Shown piece by piece: positions 1 to 11,680 of a stretch of 64,000 bases of DNA (positions within the stretch are counted from its first letter, which is position 1; each line of letters opens with the position of its first letter). A program made the translations under genes and the position numbers. The notes below the pieces were generated by a model that saw only the letters and a program-made list of their open reading frames with translations, made no database searches and had not been told where the DNA came from. The stretch spans positions 352,001 to 416,000 of the forward strand of contig CAWBYW010000007.1 of the NCBI GenBank assembly GCA_963792965.1. The letters are read 5' to 3'. The stretch is from an uncultured delta proteobacterium. Lineage in GTDB: Bacteria; Desulfobacterota; Zymogenia; Zymogenales; Zymogenaceae.

Positions 1-2
1 AC

Positions 3-404
3 GGAAAGAGGAATGCAATGCTCGCGTCCTGGGTCTCCCAGGTTTCGTTTGACCCTCCCCGTATCATGGTCGCGGTCAAAAAGACACGGTTGACCCATAG
101 CATGCTTCATGCCGCCGGCACTTTCGGGCTGATGGTGGTTCAGAGGGGGAAGGAGAGAGATCTCTCGGTCTATAAGGGCCCGGACCCGGAGCGGAAATTT
201 GCCGGCCGGACCGTCGATTTCGGCGCTGGCGGCACGCCGCTCCTTACGGAATACCTGTCCGCGTTTGACCTGAAGATCGTTGATACGGTGGATGCCGGCG
301 ACCATACGCTCTTTATCGGCGAGGTCCTCTCGGCCCGAAGCTCCGGGCCCGGCATCCCCGCCACAAACATGGATTACGGCAAGACCTATATCGGAGATCA
401 TTGA
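3..404 (+). CDS. Flavin reductase-like protein (5' end truncated by window)
   Basis: Frame is open from the window start (GKRNAMLASWVSQVSFDPP); contains the GDHTLFIGEV motif typical of flavin reductase-like proteins. Confidence 0.85.
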   Translation, partial: GKRNAMLASWVSQVSFDPPRIMVAVKKTRLTHSMLHAAGTFGLMVVQRGKERDLSVYKGPDPERKFAGRTVDFGAGGTPLLTEYLSAFDLKIVDTVDAGDHTLFIGEVLSARSSGPGIPATNMDYGKTYIGDH

Positions 405-422
405 CCGGCGGAGAAAATCGGG

Positions 423-698
423 ATGAGCGCACACAACTATGGGAAGGGTGATCTTACGGGGCCCACAAAAGAAGAGATCGCCGAGGAGCAAAAGAAGATC
501 AACCGGCTCAGGCTCCTGGCCGACCTGACGGTGAGCGTCATCATGCAGTCGGATATTCCGATTGATGAGGCGCAGAAGCTGGTGGAGGGACTCAAGATGC
601 ACGCCGTCACGCTCTTTCCCGGAAAGGAAGATACCTTCGAGCTGATTTATCGGCCGCGGTTCAACCGGGTGATCATGGAGAAATACCGGCTCCACTGA
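423..698 (+). CDS. Small hypothetical protein (91 aa)
   Basis: GGAG RBS upstream, codon usage like its neighbours, followed by a terminator hairpin. Confidence 0.75.
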   Translation: MSAHNYGKGDLTGPTKEEIAEEQKKINRLRLLADLTVSVIMQSDIPIDEAQKLVEGLKMHAVTLFPGKEDTFELIYRPRFNRVIMEKYRLH

Positions 699-735
699 GT
701 CGCCGCGGTAAGCCGACGCTTTCTTTTGCCGGACG

Positions 736-771
736 AAATAAGGGAGGTCCCTATCGGGAGCTCCCTTATTT
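736..771. terminator. Bidirectional intrinsic terminator
   Basis: Inverted repeat AAATAAGGGAG (736-746) / CTCCCTTATTT (761-771) between convergent genes. Confidence 0.75.
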
Positions 772-795
772 GTTGGCCCGTCTCTGTCTACTCTT

Positions 796-1563
796 TTATT
801 TTACTTTCTTTTTCAGCCACGACAGGATGTCTCCCGCCACCTTGTCCCATCCATTCTCCGTCATGAGGTTGTGTCCCATTCCCTCATAGAGCTTGAAGTC
901 GGCCCGATAGACCTTTGCCGTTCTTTGCTCCACCTTGACGGGGAAAAAGTAGTCGTGCCCGGCCGCCAGCAGCAGCACGGGAGACGTGACAAGCTTCGGC
1001 CTCAGCCACACGAACGGAACGCCGGCCCCCAGCAGCGCCCGGGAAGATTCACGCGACGCTCTTTTGAACCCTTCCTCGGATATCTTTTTCGGCGCGTTGT
1101 ACAGAAAGAGGCGTCGATACATCTTTTCCGACGTTATGGGAAGCGTCATCCAGCTCAGAAACCTCATCGACAGGAGGGGGTACTGAACGCTCATCTTAAG
1201 GAACGTAGAACGAGGGAAATTCCGAAAATTTATGGGTGCGACCAACACCGCAGCGGGAGGCTTGGCCCGTTCGAGGTATTTCATGGCGACAAATCCCCCC
1301 ATGCTGTGGGCGATGACGACGGGATTGCCGATCTCTTTTGCCGCCCGATCGACCTCATCGACGTAATCCATCATGCTCTGTTTCCAGAGCCCCGGCTCGC
1401 TTTCCCGCTCGCCATGGCATGGCAGTTCGAGGGCAAAGCAGGAGAAACCGGCCTTGCTGAAATAGTCCATGAAGTTCTTCCAGCACCATGCGCCGTGCCA
1501 GGCGCCGTGTACAAAAAGAAGTTTCGTCCGGAATTTCGGCTCTTTTGGAATCCTGGAAATCAT
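796..1563 (-). CDS. Alpha/beta hydrolase (esterase/lysophospholipase-like)
   Basis: HGAWHGAW oxyanion region, AHSMGG nucleophile elbow, C-terminal Asp and GH catalytic residues. Confidence 0.9.
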   Translation of the reverse strand: MISRIPKEPKFRTKLLFVHGAWHGAWCWKNFMDYFSKAGFSCFALELPCHGERESEPGLWKQSMMDYVDEVDRAAKEIGNPVVIAHSMGGFVAMKYLERAKPPAAVLVAPINFRNFPRSTFLKMSVQYPLLSMRFLSWMTLPITSEKMYRRLFLYNAPKKISEEGFKRASRESSRALLGAGVPFVWLRPKLVTSPVLLLAAGHDYFFPVKVEQRTAKVYRADFKLYEGMGHNLMTENGWDKVAGDILSWLKKKVK

Positions 1564-1689
1564 GGTGGGCCCCCTAAATAATATTGAATATATTCGTCAC
1601 TACTCGTCCCTCGAAGCGGACGGCGTGTTCTGGCCATGCGGGTTACCCGACTAAGGGACGCTTCGATCTTTCTCGTGATGAGAGAGCCG

Positions 1690-2195
1690 TTATCCCTTGC
1701 CTTCCCTTGTTTCTTTATTGACCGTGGAGATGTTGTCGAGAATACCGTTGATGAATGATGGGCTGTCGGCGCTTCCGTAGCGCTTGGCGATTTCTATTGC
1801 CTCGTTGATGGTAACGCTCGGTGGGATATCGTCAATGTAGAGGATCTCGTATACGGAGAGCCTGAGAATATTGCGGTCGACGATCGCCATGCGGGAAAGC
1901 CTCCAATTATCCGAAGCCCCGTTTATAACGTCGTCGATCTCGTCTTTGTGCGTAAGGACTCCGCGTGCAAGCTGCGTGAAGAAGGACCTGAGCTCTCGTT
2001 CGGTCTTGAAGCTTTCCCAGAAGGAGGCGATCATCCGCTCGACCACGGCATCGTCAGGCTCGGCCTTCCCGTTTCCCTCCGGGCCTTGACGGTCGGGAGT
2101 CTCCCCTTTTCGCTCTTCCACTCTTCCGGGGGGTTCATATCGACCTGGAAGAGGAACTGGAGCACCAGCTCTCGCGCCCTTCGCCTCTTGCCCAC
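1690..2195 (-). CDS. nusB: Transcription antitermination factor NusB; one frameshift, probably at the 5-nt homopolymer near 2128-2132
   Basis: N-terminus (GTG 2195) GKRRRARELVLQFLFQVD in one frame; WRLSRMAIVDRNILRL...INEAIEIAKRYG...FINGILD in another; follows ribH. Confidence 0.9.
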
Positions 2196-2284
2196 GTTGG
2201 ATTCTCCTTGTTGCTCCACAGCAGGACGCCGCAGCATATCCGGCCCGTCCGGCCGACGGGTCACCTGTCAAAGAACTGCGCGCG

Positions 2285-2758
2285 TTACAGCTTCTTCATG
2301 GTCTCGATGAGGTTTGCCATCTCGATGGCGGTGACGGCCGCATCGTAACCCTTGTTCCCGGATTTGGATCCAGCACGCTCGATGGCCTGCTCGATGGTAT
2401 CGGTTGTGATTATCCCGTATGCAACAGGGATCGTACTCTCCAGAGAGAGCCGCGCCACCCCCTTGGCCGATTCGGCCGCGATGTATTCAAAATGAGGGGT
2501 GGCGCCCCGTATCACCGCGCCCAGACAGATAACGGCGTCGTACTTCCCGGCGTCAACGAGCTTCTTTGCCGTTTGCGGCACCTCGAAGGCTCCGGGAACT
2601 CGAAACACATGGATATCGTCATCTTTCCCCCCGTGGCGGACAATTCCGTCGACCGCGCCTTCCAACAGCTTGTCTCCGATAAAGCTGTTGAACCGGGAGA
2701 GGACTATGGCGAACTTCAACCCCTGGGCGGAGATCTTTCCTTCAATATGCCGTGGCAT
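2285..2758 (-). CDS. ribH: 6,7-dimethyl-8-ribityllumazine synthase
   Basis: [38 protein letters not shown] motifs; start at MPRHIEG. Confidence 0.97.
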   Translation of the reverse strand: MPRHIEGKISAQGLKFAIVLSRFNSFIGDKLLEGAVDGIVRHGGKDDDIHVFRVPGAFEVPQTAKKLVDAGKYDAVICLGAVIRGATPHFEYIAAESAKGVARLSLESTIPVAYGIITTDTIEQAIERAGSKSGNKGYDAAVTAIEMANLIETMKKL

Positions 2759-2768
2759 TAATTTCCTC

Positions 2769-3974
2769 CTACACCTTGTTGAGGAGATGGCCCATTTTAT
2801 CGCGCTTCGTCTTGAGGTATTCGATATTATTTTCGTGCGGCTCAATCTCGATAGGAACCTGCTCGATGACTTCGAGGTTGTACCCCTCCAGGCCGATGAT
2901 CTTCTTGGGATTGTTGGTCATAAGGCGGATCTTCTTGACACCGAGGTCGACGAGGATCTGCGCACCGATACCGTAATCGCGCAGGTCGGCCTTAAAGCCG
3001 AGCTTCTCGTTTGCCTCGACCGTATCGTATCCCTGGTCCTGGAGCTGGTATGCCTTGAGCTTGTTGGTGAGCCCGATGCCCCTCCCCTCCTGATTCATGT
3101 ATACCAGGACGCCTTTTTTCTCGGCGATGATCTTCTTAAGGGCCGACTGGAGCTGATCTCCGCAATCACACCGGAGCGACCCGAGGACGTCCCCCGTAAA
3201 GCAGGCGCTGTGAACCCGAACCAGCACCTCGTCCTCGGGCTTTATCTCTCCCATGACGAGGGCCAAGTGTTCGTGATCGTCGACGTCGGTCGTATACGCG
3301 ATCGCCTTGAATACACCGCCGAACTTCGTCGGAATCGCCGTCTCGGCGACCCGGTGTACGAGTGACTCGGTACGCATGCGGTACTCGATGATGTCCTTGA
3401 CGGTGGCGATCTTAATGTTGTGGAGCCTGGAGAATTCCTCAAGCTCCGGCATGCGCGCCATCGTCCCGTCATCCTTCATGACTTCGCAGATCACCCCGAA
3501 GGGATGCAGACCCGACAAACGTGCCAGGTCAACCGAACCCTCGGTCTGGCCGGTCCGCACAAGCACGCCACCCGCACGGGCGATGAGCGGAAAGACATGG
3601 CCGGGGTGTACAAGGTCTCCGGGCTTGGCATCGTCGGCAACCGCCGTCTTGATGGTCGTCGCCCGGTCGTAGGCCGATATGCCCGTCGTGACCCCGTGCC
3701 GCGCCTCCACCGAAACCGTAAACGCGGTTCCGAACTGAGAGGTATTGTCCCGAACCATGAGCGGGAGGTTCAGTGACCTCGCCTTTTCTTCGGTCAGCGA
3801 CAGGCAGATAAGTCCCCTGCCATACTTCGCCATGAAGTTGATCGCCTCGGGCGTCACCTTTTCCGCGGCCATCGTGAGGTCGCCCTCGTTCTCCCGCGAT
3901 TCGTCGTCGGTAAGGATGACGATCTTCCCGTCTCTGATGTCTTTAAGTATCTCCGGAACCGGTGAGATCGGCAT
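2769..3974 (-). CDS. ribBA: Bifunctional DHBP synthase / GTP cyclohydrolase II
   Basis: [46 protein letters not shown] motifs. Confidence 0.97.
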   Translation of the reverse strand: MPISPVPEILKDIRDGKIVILTDDESRENEGDLTMAAEKVTPEAINFMAKYGRGLICLSLTEEKARSLNLPLMVRDNTSQFGTAFTVSVEARHGVTTGISAYDRATTIKTAVADDAKPGDLVHPGHVFPLIARAGGVLVRTGQTEGSVDLARLSGLHPFGVICEVMKDDGTMARMPELEEFSRLHNIKIATVKDIIEYRMRTESLVHRVAETAIPTKFGGVFKAIAYTTDVDDHEHLALVMGEIKPEDEVLVRVHSACFTGDVLGSLRCDCGDQLQSALKKIIAEKKGVLVYMNQEGRGIGLTNKLKAYQLQDQGYDTVEANEKLGFKADLRDYGIGAQILVDLGVKKIRLMTNNPKKIIGLEGYNLEVIEQVPIEIEPHENNIEYLKTKRDKMGHLLNKV

Positions 3975-3978
3975 AGTG

Positions 3979-4632
3979 CTACTCCTGAGAATAACCCTCA
4001 TCTCTCAGCATTTCGAGGGTGATACCTTCGCCTTCGTTCGCTCTCCCCACCGTGAGGAGCCGCTGGATATACTTTCCGATGACATCGGTCTCGATGTTTA
4101 TATCCGCCCCCGGCTTCTTCGCCGCAAGGGTTGTCGTCTTTTCGGTATGCCCGATGATGTTGACGGTGAATCCTTCCGCCGTTAATGAGTTAATCGTCAG
4201 ACTGATACCGTCGACCGCTACCGATCCCTTGTCGATAAGATATCGCTTGACCACCGGGGGTACGCTGATTTCGATGATGAGGCCGCCGCCCTCCCGCGTC
4301 ACCCGTCTGATCGTCCCTACTCCCTCGACGTGCCCCTGAACGAGGTGGCCGCCGAGCCGGTCGGAAAGCCTCAGGGCCCGCTCGAGGTTGACGCGAGCGC
4401 CCGTCGACAGCCGTGCCAGGCTGCTGCGCGCGAGGGTCTCAGGGGTCGCCTCCACCGAAAACGAGCCTCCGGCCGTTTCCACGACTGTCAGGCATACACC
4501 GTCCATCGAGATGCTGTCACCGATTTTCGTGTCGGAAAGCACCAGCCCCGTCTCGATCGTCAAAATAAAAATGCCCCCCGCCCTTCGGACGGAGCGAATG
4601 GTCCCGATGTCCTCTATGATGCCGGTAAACAC
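3979..4632 (-). CDS. ribE: Riboflavin synthase (alpha chain)
   Basis: MFTGIIE N-terminus, [27 protein letters not shown]. Confidence 0.97.
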   Translation of the reverse strand: MFTGIIEDIGTIRSVRRAGGIFILTIETGLVLSDTKIGDSISMDGVCLTVVETAGGSFSVEATPETLARSSLARLSTGARVNLERALRLSDRLGGHLVQGHVEGVGTIRRVTREGGGLIIEISVPPVVKRYLIDKGSVAVDGISLTINSLTAEGFTVNIIGHTEKTTTLAAKKPGADINIETDVIGKYIQRLLTVGRANEGEGITLEMLRDEGYSQE

Positions 4633-4677
4633 CGTCTGCTCCTGCTGGCCCGATCACGGACCTCGACGAGCGCGGCC

Positions 4678-5772
4678 TCACCTCGGACCCTCGCGGTAGG
4701 CCTCCACGACGAGATCCTCGCCAAGCCGTCGCACCGTCATGTTATTGAGCATAAAGGCGTCGGAAATCCTTTCCGGTCCCTTGCCGACGGTGAGGCCTAG
4801 GCTGTCCGCGCCCGTCAGGATCTTTGGGGCAAAAAATAATAATATCTTATTAAATATACCATTTTTAATAAAGTAAGTAAAGATATTTGCCCCCCCCTCA
4901 ACCAGGAGACTCATCACGTCTCGTTTGCCCAGCTCCACGAGCAGCTCCTCTATCTTCAGCATACCGTCCTTCCCCTTGGAAACACGAACGATATCGGCCC
5001 CCCGTTCCATCAGACCCGCCGCCCTTCGCGGGTCGGCGCCATCCCACGACACGATCAGGACCTTACCCGTCCCTTCCCTGAGCATCCGGGACGTCGGCGA
5101 CATTTCGAGCCCGGAATCGATCACCACGCGCATCGGGTCTCTGCCATTCACCATCCGGACGTTGAGCAGTGGGTCGTCCTTTTTCACCGTCCCGAGTCCG
5201 ACCATGACCGCATCCGATACCGCGCGGAGATGGTGCACGAGCCTCCGTGATTTCTCCGACGAGATCCATTTGGAGTCGCCCGTGGACGTGGCGAGTTTTC
5301 CGTCAAGCGTCATAGCTGCCTTCAGGGTGACGAACGGGAGCTTTTTCGTAACGAACGTGGTGTAGGCTTCGTAGAACCTCTCGACCCTGTCGCTCATGAC
5401 CCCGACCGTGACATCAAGTCCGGCCTTCCTCAGGATGTCGGCGCCGCCTCCCCGCACGTCGGGGTTCGGGTCCCTCATCCCGATGAAGACCCTCTTTATT
5501 GCCGAGGAGATCACGGCCTCGGTGCACGGGGGGGTGCGCCCGTAATGGCTGCAGGGCTCAAGCGTGACGTAGAGGTCCGCTCCCGTTACCGGCACAGAGC
5601 TGGTCGCAATGGCCCAGGCCTCCGCGTGGGGTTTGCCAGGCCCCTCGTGCGTCCCCTCGGAGATCACCTTTCCGTCGCGCACGATGACCGCGCCGACCGG
5701 AGGATTTGGGGAGGTCATCCCCCGATGCCGAGCGGCCAGGGAAAGCGCCCTCTTCATGAACTGGGAGTCCAC
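4678..5772 (-). CDS. ribD: Riboflavin biosynthesis deaminase/reductase RibD
   Basis: PNPPVGAV, HAE, TLEPCSHYGRTPPC, LDGKLAT, VEGGA motifs. Confidence 0.97.
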   Translation of the reverse strand: MDSQFMKRALSLAARHRGMTSPNPPVGAVIVRDGKVISEGTHEGPGKPHAEAWAIATSSVPVTGADLYVTLEPCSHYGRTPPCTEAVISSAIKRVFIGMRDPNPDVRGGGADILRKAGLDVTVGVMSDRVERFYEAYTTFVTKKLPFVTLKAAMTLDGKLATSTGDSKWISSEKSRRLVHHLRAVSDAVMVGLGTVKKDDPLLNVRMVNGRDPMRVVIDSGLEMSPTSRMLREGTGKVLIVSWDGADPRRAAGLMERGADIVRVSKGKDGMLKIEELLVELGKRDVMSLLVEGGANIFTYFIKNGIFNKILLFFAPKILTGADSLGLTVGKGPERISDAFMLNNMTVRRLGEDLVVEAYREGPR

Positions 5773-6242
5773 TATCGATTCTTCCTGTCCCGTTTATCGA
5801 GGATATCTTTAAGCTCAGCCATGAACTCGTTAATGTCCTTAAACGACCGATAGACCGAGGCAAACCGCACATAGGCCACGTCGTCAAGCTCCCTCAGGCG
5901 TGCCATTACGCGCTCACCGATCTGGGTGCTCTTGATCTCTTTGTCGGCGGCATCGGCAAAGCTCGCCTCGATCTCGTTCACGGTTTTCTCGATGGCCTCC
6001 ATGCTTATGGGCCTTTTCTCGCACGCCTTCTTGATCCCGGCCAGAATCTTGCCACGATCGAACGGCTCGCGCCTCCCATCCTTCTTGACGACCATCGGGA
6101 GCACCTCTTCCACCCGCTCGTAGGTGGTGAAACGCCGCTCGCACTTGAGGCACTCCCTTCTTCTCCGGATGATGTCCCCCTCTTTTCCGAGGCGGGAATC
6201 GATAACCTTATCATCCATGAAACCGCAAAACGGACACTTCAT
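5772..6242 (-). CDS. nrdR: Transcriptional repressor NrdR
   Basis: MKCPFCG...[17 protein letters not shown] zinc ribbon, ATP cone, [10 protein letters not shown]. Confidence 0.98.
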   Translation of the reverse strand: MKCPFCGFMDDKVIDSRLGKEGDIIRRRRECLKCERRFTTYERVEEVLPMVVKKDGRREPFDRGKILAGIKKACEKRPISMEAIEKTVNEIEASFADAADKEIKSTQIGERVMARLRELDDVAYVRFASVYRSFKDINEFMAELKDILDKRDRKNR

Positions 6243-6353
6243 TGATTTGGGCTCACCGATTGGGTATGGGACAGACTATCCGAACAAAAGCCTATTTCCC
6301 TGCATACGGGGACGAAGGAACCCAAAAAACCCTCCCGGGCTTCTCTCTCCTTT

Positions 6354-6833
6354 TCACTCCCGTTTCTCGCTCGGCCCGCTCAGTTTCTCAACTTCTATGT
6401 GGGCCTCGGCCAACAGGTCACGAGACAGCCTGTCGTCGTAGGATTCCCGATAGACGACCTTGATGATCCCGGCATTGATGATCATCTTGGCGCAGATGAC
6501 ACAAGGGAAGGTCCTCGTATAGATGACGGCGCCGTTTATGGCCACGCCGTGATACGCGGCCTGGATGATGGCGTTCTGTTCGGCGTGGAGTCCCCGGCAG
6601 AGCTCGTGTTTTTCTCCGGAGGGGACCGAAAGCTCGTCCCTGAGGCACCCCACGTCGATACAATGCTGAAGGCCTCGCGGCGCCCCGTTGTATCCGGTGG
6701 CCAGGATGTTCTTATCTTTCACGATGACGGCCCCCACGCGCCTCCTGACGCAGGTAGACCGTTCGGCGACGAGGTCGACGATGCCCATAAAATATTCGTC
6801 CCATCCTGGGCGCGGGCGTTGGGAGGTAGTCAT
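6354..6833 (-). CDS. dCMP deaminase (ComEB family)
   Basis: [35 protein letters not shown]. Confidence 0.93.
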   Translation of the reverse strand: MTTSQRPRPGWDEYFMGIVDLVAERSTCVRRRVGAVIVKDKNILATGYNGAPRGLQHCIDVGCLRDELSVPSGEKHELCRGLHAEQNAIIQAAYHGVAINGAVIYTRTFPCVICAKMIINAGIIKVVYRESYDDRLSRDLLAEAHIEVEKLSGPSEKRE

Positions 6834-6854
6834 CGTTTGCTTCAAGGGGATGTC

Positions 6855-8117
6855 TTACCCCTCGAGTTTGTAGTGGTAGAGAGGGAAGTCCTTCAGAAAT
6901 TCTTTCACGAAATTTCGTGTCTTTTCTATCTTTTTTTCGTCCGTGACATCTCTGAGGATATCGGCGATGAGGCCCGCCACGATCGTAACGTCCTTTTCCC
7001 TCATCCCCCGTGTTGTTACCGCGGGAGTGCCGAACCGGACACCGCTCGTGATGCGGGGGGGGCGTGTATCGTAGGGAATTCCGTTCTTATTGGCGCAGAT
7101 CCCGGCTCGTTCCAGGGCGTTGGAGGCGACGTCGCCGGTGAGCCCGCTTGCGCCCACGTCGATGAGGAAAAGATGGTTATCCGTTCCGCCTGAGACGATC
7201 CTGAAACCCCCGGCTTTGAGTCGCTCGACCATGGCCTGAGAGTTCTTCACGATCTGTCTCTGATACTCTTTGAACTCATCGGTCATCGCCTCCTTGAGGG
7301 CGACGGCCTTGGCGGCGATAATGTGCATGAGGGGTCCCCCCTGGGTTCCGGGGAACATGGTGGAATCGAGCTTCTTTCCGTACTGCTCCTTGCACATGAT
7401 CATACCGCCGCGGGGACCGCGCATCGTCTTGTGGGTCGTAAAGGTCACGAAATCGCACATCGGCACGGGGCTGTTGTGGATCCCGGCCACTACCAGTCCC
7501 CCTATGTGGGCTATGTCGGCCATAAGCATCGCGCCGTTCTTCTTTGCGATCTCACCGAACTTCGTAAAGTCGATCTCCCGGGGATACGAGCTGGCGCCGC
7601 AGACGATCATCTTCGGCTTTGATTCCTTAGCCAACCGCGCAACCTGATCATAGTCTATCCGCTCCGTCTCTCTATCCACGCTATAAAAGACGATATTAAA
7701 AAGCCTGCCCGATATATTGACGGGATTTCCGTGGGAGAGATGCCCCCCGTGAGAGAGGTTCATGGAGAGGATCGTGTCGCCGGGAGAGAGTACCGAAAGG
7801 TAGGCGGCGATGTTTGCCTGTACGCCCGAGTGCGGCTGGACGTTGGCGTGCTCACAGCCGAAGAGAGCCTTCGTGCGGTCTATCGCCAGCTGCTCGGCGA
7901 TATCGACGAATTCGCACCCATTGTAATACCGCTTTCCCGGATAGCCCTCGGCGTACTTGTTGGTCATGACGGAACCGGCCGCCTGAAGTACCGCCTCGCT
8001 CGTGAAGTTCTCGGATGCTATCAGAACGATCGTATGTTCCTGCCGTTCGATCTCACCCTGGATCGCTCGATATATTTCGGGATCGGTATCCCTGAGTCCC
8101 CTCATGTCTATGGTCAT
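6855..8117 (-). CDS. glyA: Serine hydroxymethyltransferase
   Basis: [39 protein letters not shown]. Confidence 0.98.
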   Translation of the reverse strand: MTIDMRGLRDTDPEIYRAIQGEIERQEHTIVLIASENFTSEAVLQAAGSVMTNKYAEGYPGKRYYNGCEFVDIAEQLAIDRTKALFGCEHANVQPHSGVQANIAAYLSVLSPGDTILSMNLSHGGHLSHGNPVNISGRLFNIVFYSVDRETERIDYDQVARLAKESKPKMIVCGASSYPREIDFTKFGEIAKKNGAMLMADIAHIGGLVVAGIHNSPVPMCDFVTFTTHKTMRGPRGGMIMCKEQYGKKLDSTMFPGTQGGPLMHIIAAKAVALKEAMTDEFKEYQRQIVKNSQAMVERLKAGGFRIVSGGTDNHLFLIDVGASGLTGDVASNALERAGICANKNGIPYDTRPPRITSGVRFGTPAVTTRGMREKDVTIVAGLIADILRDVTDEKKIEKTRNFVKEFLKDFPLYHYKLEG

Positions 8118-8563
8118 CGACGTGGCTCCCTTTCGATTTTCGAGATTTTCTCAATCCTGGCCTCGTGCCTCCCGCCTTCGTACGGCTCCCGGACAAAGGT
8201 CCTGACGATCTCTTTGGCCAGCTCCGGGCCCGTTACCCTCCCACCGATGGTGAGGATATTGGCGTTATTATGCCGTCGTGCCATACGGGCGGTGAAGATA
8301 TCCCACGCCAGCGCCGCCCGTATCCCGGGAAACTTATTGGCCGCGATGCACATACCAATCCCCGTACCGCAGACGAGGATACCGAAGTCGACCTCTTTGG
8401 CGATGACGAGCTTGGCCACCTTTTCGGCATAGTCGGGATAGTCGACCGACGCCGGCGAGTTCGTGCCGACATCGATAACCTCTATTGCGTCTGCCGAGAG
8501 CACCTCGACGATAACCTTCTTTAAATCCAGACCGCCGTGGTCAGCGCCTACGGCTACCTTCAT
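8114..8563 (-). CDS. rpiB: Ribose-5-phosphate isomerase B
   Basis: ADHGG, VDYPDYA, CGTGIGM, HNNANIL, GGRH. Confidence 0.97.
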   Translation of the reverse strand: MKVAVGADHGGLDLKKVIVEVLSADAIEVIDVGTNSPASVDYPDYAEKVAKLVIAKEVDFGILVCGTGIGMCIAANKFPGIRAALAWDIFTARMARRHNNANILTIGGRVTGPELAKEIVRTFVREPYEGGRHEARIEKISKIEREPRR

Positions 8564-8574
8564 GACACCACCGA

Positions 8575-8808
8575 TTAGAGCTTATCGTTAATATAATTAA
8601 TGGCGTCTTGAACCGTAGTGATCTTCTCGGCATCCTCGTCTGAGATCTCGATATCAAACTCGTCCTCTATGGTCATGATCATTTCGACAATATCAAGAGA
8701 ATCCGCGCCCAGATCGTCAATAAATGAGGCCTCCAGCTGAATCTCATCCTTATCCAGTCCGAGCTGCTCCGCGATAATCTCGACTACCCTTTCCTCAACC
8801 GATGCCAT
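8575..8808 (-). CDS. acpP: Acyl carrier protein
   Basis: DLGADSLD phosphopantetheine attachment site; acidic 77-aa protein. Confidence 0.97.
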   Translation of the reverse strand: MASVEERVVEIIAEQLGLDKDEIQLEASFIDDLGADSLDIVEMIMTIEDEFDIEISDEDAEKITTVQDAINYINDKL

Positions 8809-8846
8809 TTTTTCCTCCTAAAAGATATATTTGAGCGAATCGCATA

Positions 8847-9611
8847 TCACATGTAGAGTCCGCCGTTGACACCGATTACCTGACCGGTAATATAGCCCGC
8901 ATGCTCCGAAACGAGAAAACTCACCACTTCCGCGACTTCCTCGGGGCTCCCCATCCTGCCGACGGGAATCTGCGAAATGATATTCTCGCGCGCCTTCTCG
9001 GGCAGATCCATAGACATGTCCGTCGCGATAAGCCCCGGAGAGACCGCGTTGACGGTAATGCCCCTCTCGGCAAATTCCCGCGCGACCGCCTTCGTAAACC
9101 CAATGACCCCGGCCTTTGAGGCCGAATAGTTTACCTGTCCGGGATTACCGTACTGGCCCGCGAGAGAGGCGATGTTGACGACACGTCCCCATTTGGCCTT
9201 GAACATCGGCTTGATGATCGCCTTGGTCATCAGGTACGTTCCCTTGAGGTTCGTATCGAGCACGTCGTCCCAGTCCGATTCCTTCATGAAGATAAAGAGG
9301 TTGTCCCGCGTCCGCCCGGCGTTGTTCACCAGGATGTCAATCCTTCCCGCGGCGTCAAGGACCTTTTTGGCGGCATCGCCAACCTCTTGGGCGGATGCCA
9401 CGTCGCCGTGAAGGAGATCGGCCTTTCCTCCCGCCTTGATGATCTCGTCCCGTACGCTCGTTGCCCCGTCCTCGCTCTTATTGAAGTTAATGAAGACGTG
9501 GGCACCCTCGGCCGCAAGCCCCTTTGCGATCGCCCGGCCTATTCCCCGGGATGCCCCGGTGACTATCGCCACCCTATCACTCAACATACGCTCAACCGAG
9601 CCGGGCCCCAT
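8847..9611 (-). CDS. fabG: 3-oxoacyl-ACP reductase (alternative start at 9587)
   Basis: TGASRGIG, NNAGRTRD, GNPGQVNYSASKAG, VNGGLYM; lies between fabD and acpP. Confidence 0.95.
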   Translation of the reverse strand: MGPGSVERMLSDRVAIVTGASRGIGRAIAKGLAAEGAHVFINFNKSEDGATSVRDEIIKAGGKADLLHGDVASAQEVGDAAKKVLDAAGRIDILVNNAGRTRDNLFIFMKESDWDDVLDTNLKGTYLMTKAIIKPMFKAKWGRVVNIASLAGQYGNPGQVNYSASKAGVIGFTKAVAREFAERGITVNAVSPGLIATDMSMDLPEKARENIISQIPVGRMGSPEEVAEVVSFLVSEHAGYITGQVIGVNGGLYM

Positions 9612-9732
9612 CTCGCACCTTCGCGCGACACCTCGGGGGCTCCGGGTTATGCCGTCTCCTTACCCCCCTTACCTCGCGCCCGAAAAACCCTATCCATTAT
9701 CTAAACCATATATTATGCGCTTTTGCAAGAGA

Positions 9733-10680
9733 CTATTGATATTTTTTTTCGGCCTCTTTGAGAGACGCGATGTCGCCGACAGAGCACGACGCGGCCTTTC
9801 TATCGATCCGCTTCATGAGGCCCGACAGCACTTTCCCGGGTCCCACCTCGACGAAGTCGCCCGTCTCCTGTGCGATCATGTACCTGACCGACTCTTCCCA
9901 TCTCACCGGCGAGACAAGCTGCCTCGTGAGGAGGTCTGCGATCGCGTCTTTGCCCGGATAGGGAACGGCCGTGACGTTGGAGACCACAGGGGTCCCCGGC
10001 TCGGCAAAAGACACCGAGGACAGTTCCCTATTAAGACCGCGGGCCGCCTCCTCCATCAGCGGAGAATGGGAGGCAACGCTCACCTTGAGGAGGATGACTT
10101 TGGTCGCCCCCCCCTCCTGAGCGCTTTTCTCGAGCCTTTCGACCGCCGTCCGATGCCCGGATACGACGATCTGCCCCGGCGCGTTGTAGTTGGCCGCCAC
10201 CACGATCTCGCGAGGCGTCGAGACCTCTTTGAGCAGCGCGTCGAGCCTTTCGGCGTCCATCCCTAAGACCGCCGCCATTGCGCCGATCCCCTGGCCGGCC
10301 GCGTCCTGCATCAACCGTCCCCGCTTCTGAACCAATCTCGCGGCCTCCCTGAGCGTCAGGGCGCCCGCGGCGGTCAGGGCGGAATACTCACCGAGGCTGT
10401 GGCCCGCAAGAAAAACGGCCGGATTCTCGCTCCCTATGCCGGCTTCTCTCATCGCCGCCAGGATCGCCATCGACACGACCAGGAGCGCCGGCTGCGTGTT
10501 CTCGGTCCTCGAGAGCTCGGCCTCCGGACCTTCAAAGGCAAGCTTCCTGATGTTGACGTGCAGCTCGTCTTCTGCCTCCTCGAAGACGAGGCGGGCCGTG
10601 GCTATGTTGTCACAGATATCTTTTCCCATACCCACGTACTGGGAACCCTGGCCGGGAAATACGAATGCGACAGAAGCCAC
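9733..10680 (-). CDS. fabD: Malonyl-CoA:ACP transacylase
   Basis: FPGQGSQ, TQPA, GHSLGEYSA, SHSPLM, EVGPGKVL. Confidence 0.97.
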   Translation of the reverse strand: MASVAFVFPGQGSQYVGMGKDICDNIATARLVFEEAEDELHVNIRKLAFEGPEAELSRTENTQPALLVVSMAILAAMREAGIGSENPAVFLAGHSLGEYSALTAAGALTLREAARLVQKRGRLMQDAAGQGIGAMAAVLGMDAERLDALLKEVSTPREIVVAANYNAPGQIVVSGHRTAVERLEKSAQEGGATKVILLKVSVASHSPLMEEAARGLNRELSSVSFAEPGTPVVSNVTAVPYPGKDAIADLLTRQLVSPVRWEESVRYMIAQETGDFVEVGPGKVLSGLMKRIDRKAASCSVGDIASLKEAEKKYQ

Positions 10681-10735
10681 CCTATTTCTCCCCGAAAAGT
10701 CGGGCCATACCCACAGAAAACCGGGGCCCGCCCTC

Positions 10736-11680
10736 CTACTGTCTGATCCTTTGGTTCAGGGCCCGGATTGTCTCTTCAGCGTCGGCCATGACCCCTTCAA
10801 CGATCTCTTTGGCGGACCGCTCGCGGTCGACTAACCCCGCGATCTGACCTGCCATCACCGATCCCTCGTCCGTGTCTCCCTCGACGGCCCTTGCGAGCGC
10901 CCCGTCCCCAAGCTTGAAGATTTCCTCCGGGGTCGCACCGGCCTTTTCCATCTTGAGAATCCTGCTGGCAAGGCGGTTTCTGATGATCCTGACGGGGTGT
11001 CCTGTCGATCTCCCCGTTACTACGGTGTCCCGATCTCCGGCACCGATGATTCGTCTTTTGTAGTTATCATGAACGGTGCACTCTTTTGCGACAAGGAAGG
11101 CGGTCCCCATCTGAATTCCCTCGGCGCCCAGGGCAAAGGCCGCCGCGGCCGTCTTCCCGTCGGCGATACCGCCGGCCGCGATGACCGGCACCGAGATCGC
11201 CCTGGTGACCATCGCGACCAGCGCCATGGTCGTCGACTCCCCGACGTGCCCCCCCGATTCGTATCCCTCGGCGATAATCGCGACGGCCCCCGCCCGCACC
11301 TCACGTACCGCCAGGCTCACCGAGGCAACGACCGGAATAACCGAAATCCCGGTCCCGGCCGCCCTCCTGATAATCGGTCCGGCGTTTCCCGCACCTATCG
11401 TGAGGACCGGCACCTTTCGCTCTATGACGGCCTCGATCTTGTCGGCGGCGTCGGGGGCCGTGAGGATTACGTTTACCCCGAAAGGTCGGGACGTTAGCTT
11501 CTTTATCTCGACGATTTCGTCTCTGAGTTCATCACGTTTCATGAGGCCCGCGCCTATGATGCCCAGTCCACCGGCTTCACTAACGGCTGCGGCAAGCCGG
11601 GCCGTCGACACCCGCGCCATGCCTCCCTGAAAAACGGGGTATCTGATATCGAGAAGTGAGGTTAATCTCGAGGTGATCAC
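10736..11680 (-). CDS. fabK: Enoyl-ACP reductase FabK-like (nitronate monooxygenase family)
   Basis: YPVFQGGMA, EGYESGGHVG, AAGGIADG, GIQMGT, MAGQIAG; sits in the fab cluster. Confidence 0.85.
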   Translation of the reverse strand: MITSRLTSLLDIRYPVFQGGMARVSTARLAAAVSEAGGLGIIGAGLMKRDELRDEIVEIKKLTSRPFGVNVILTAPDAADKIEAVIERKVPVLTIGAGNAGPIIRRAAGTGISVIPVVASVSLAVREVRAGAVAIIAEGYESGGHVGESTTMALVAMVTRAISVPVIAAGGIADGKTAAAAFALGAEGIQMGTAFLVAKECTVHDNYKRRIIGAGDRDTVVTGRSTGHPVRIIRNRLASRILKMEKAGATPEEIFKLGDGALARAVEGDTDEGSVMAGQIAGLVDRERSAKEIVEGVMADAEETIRALNQRIRQ

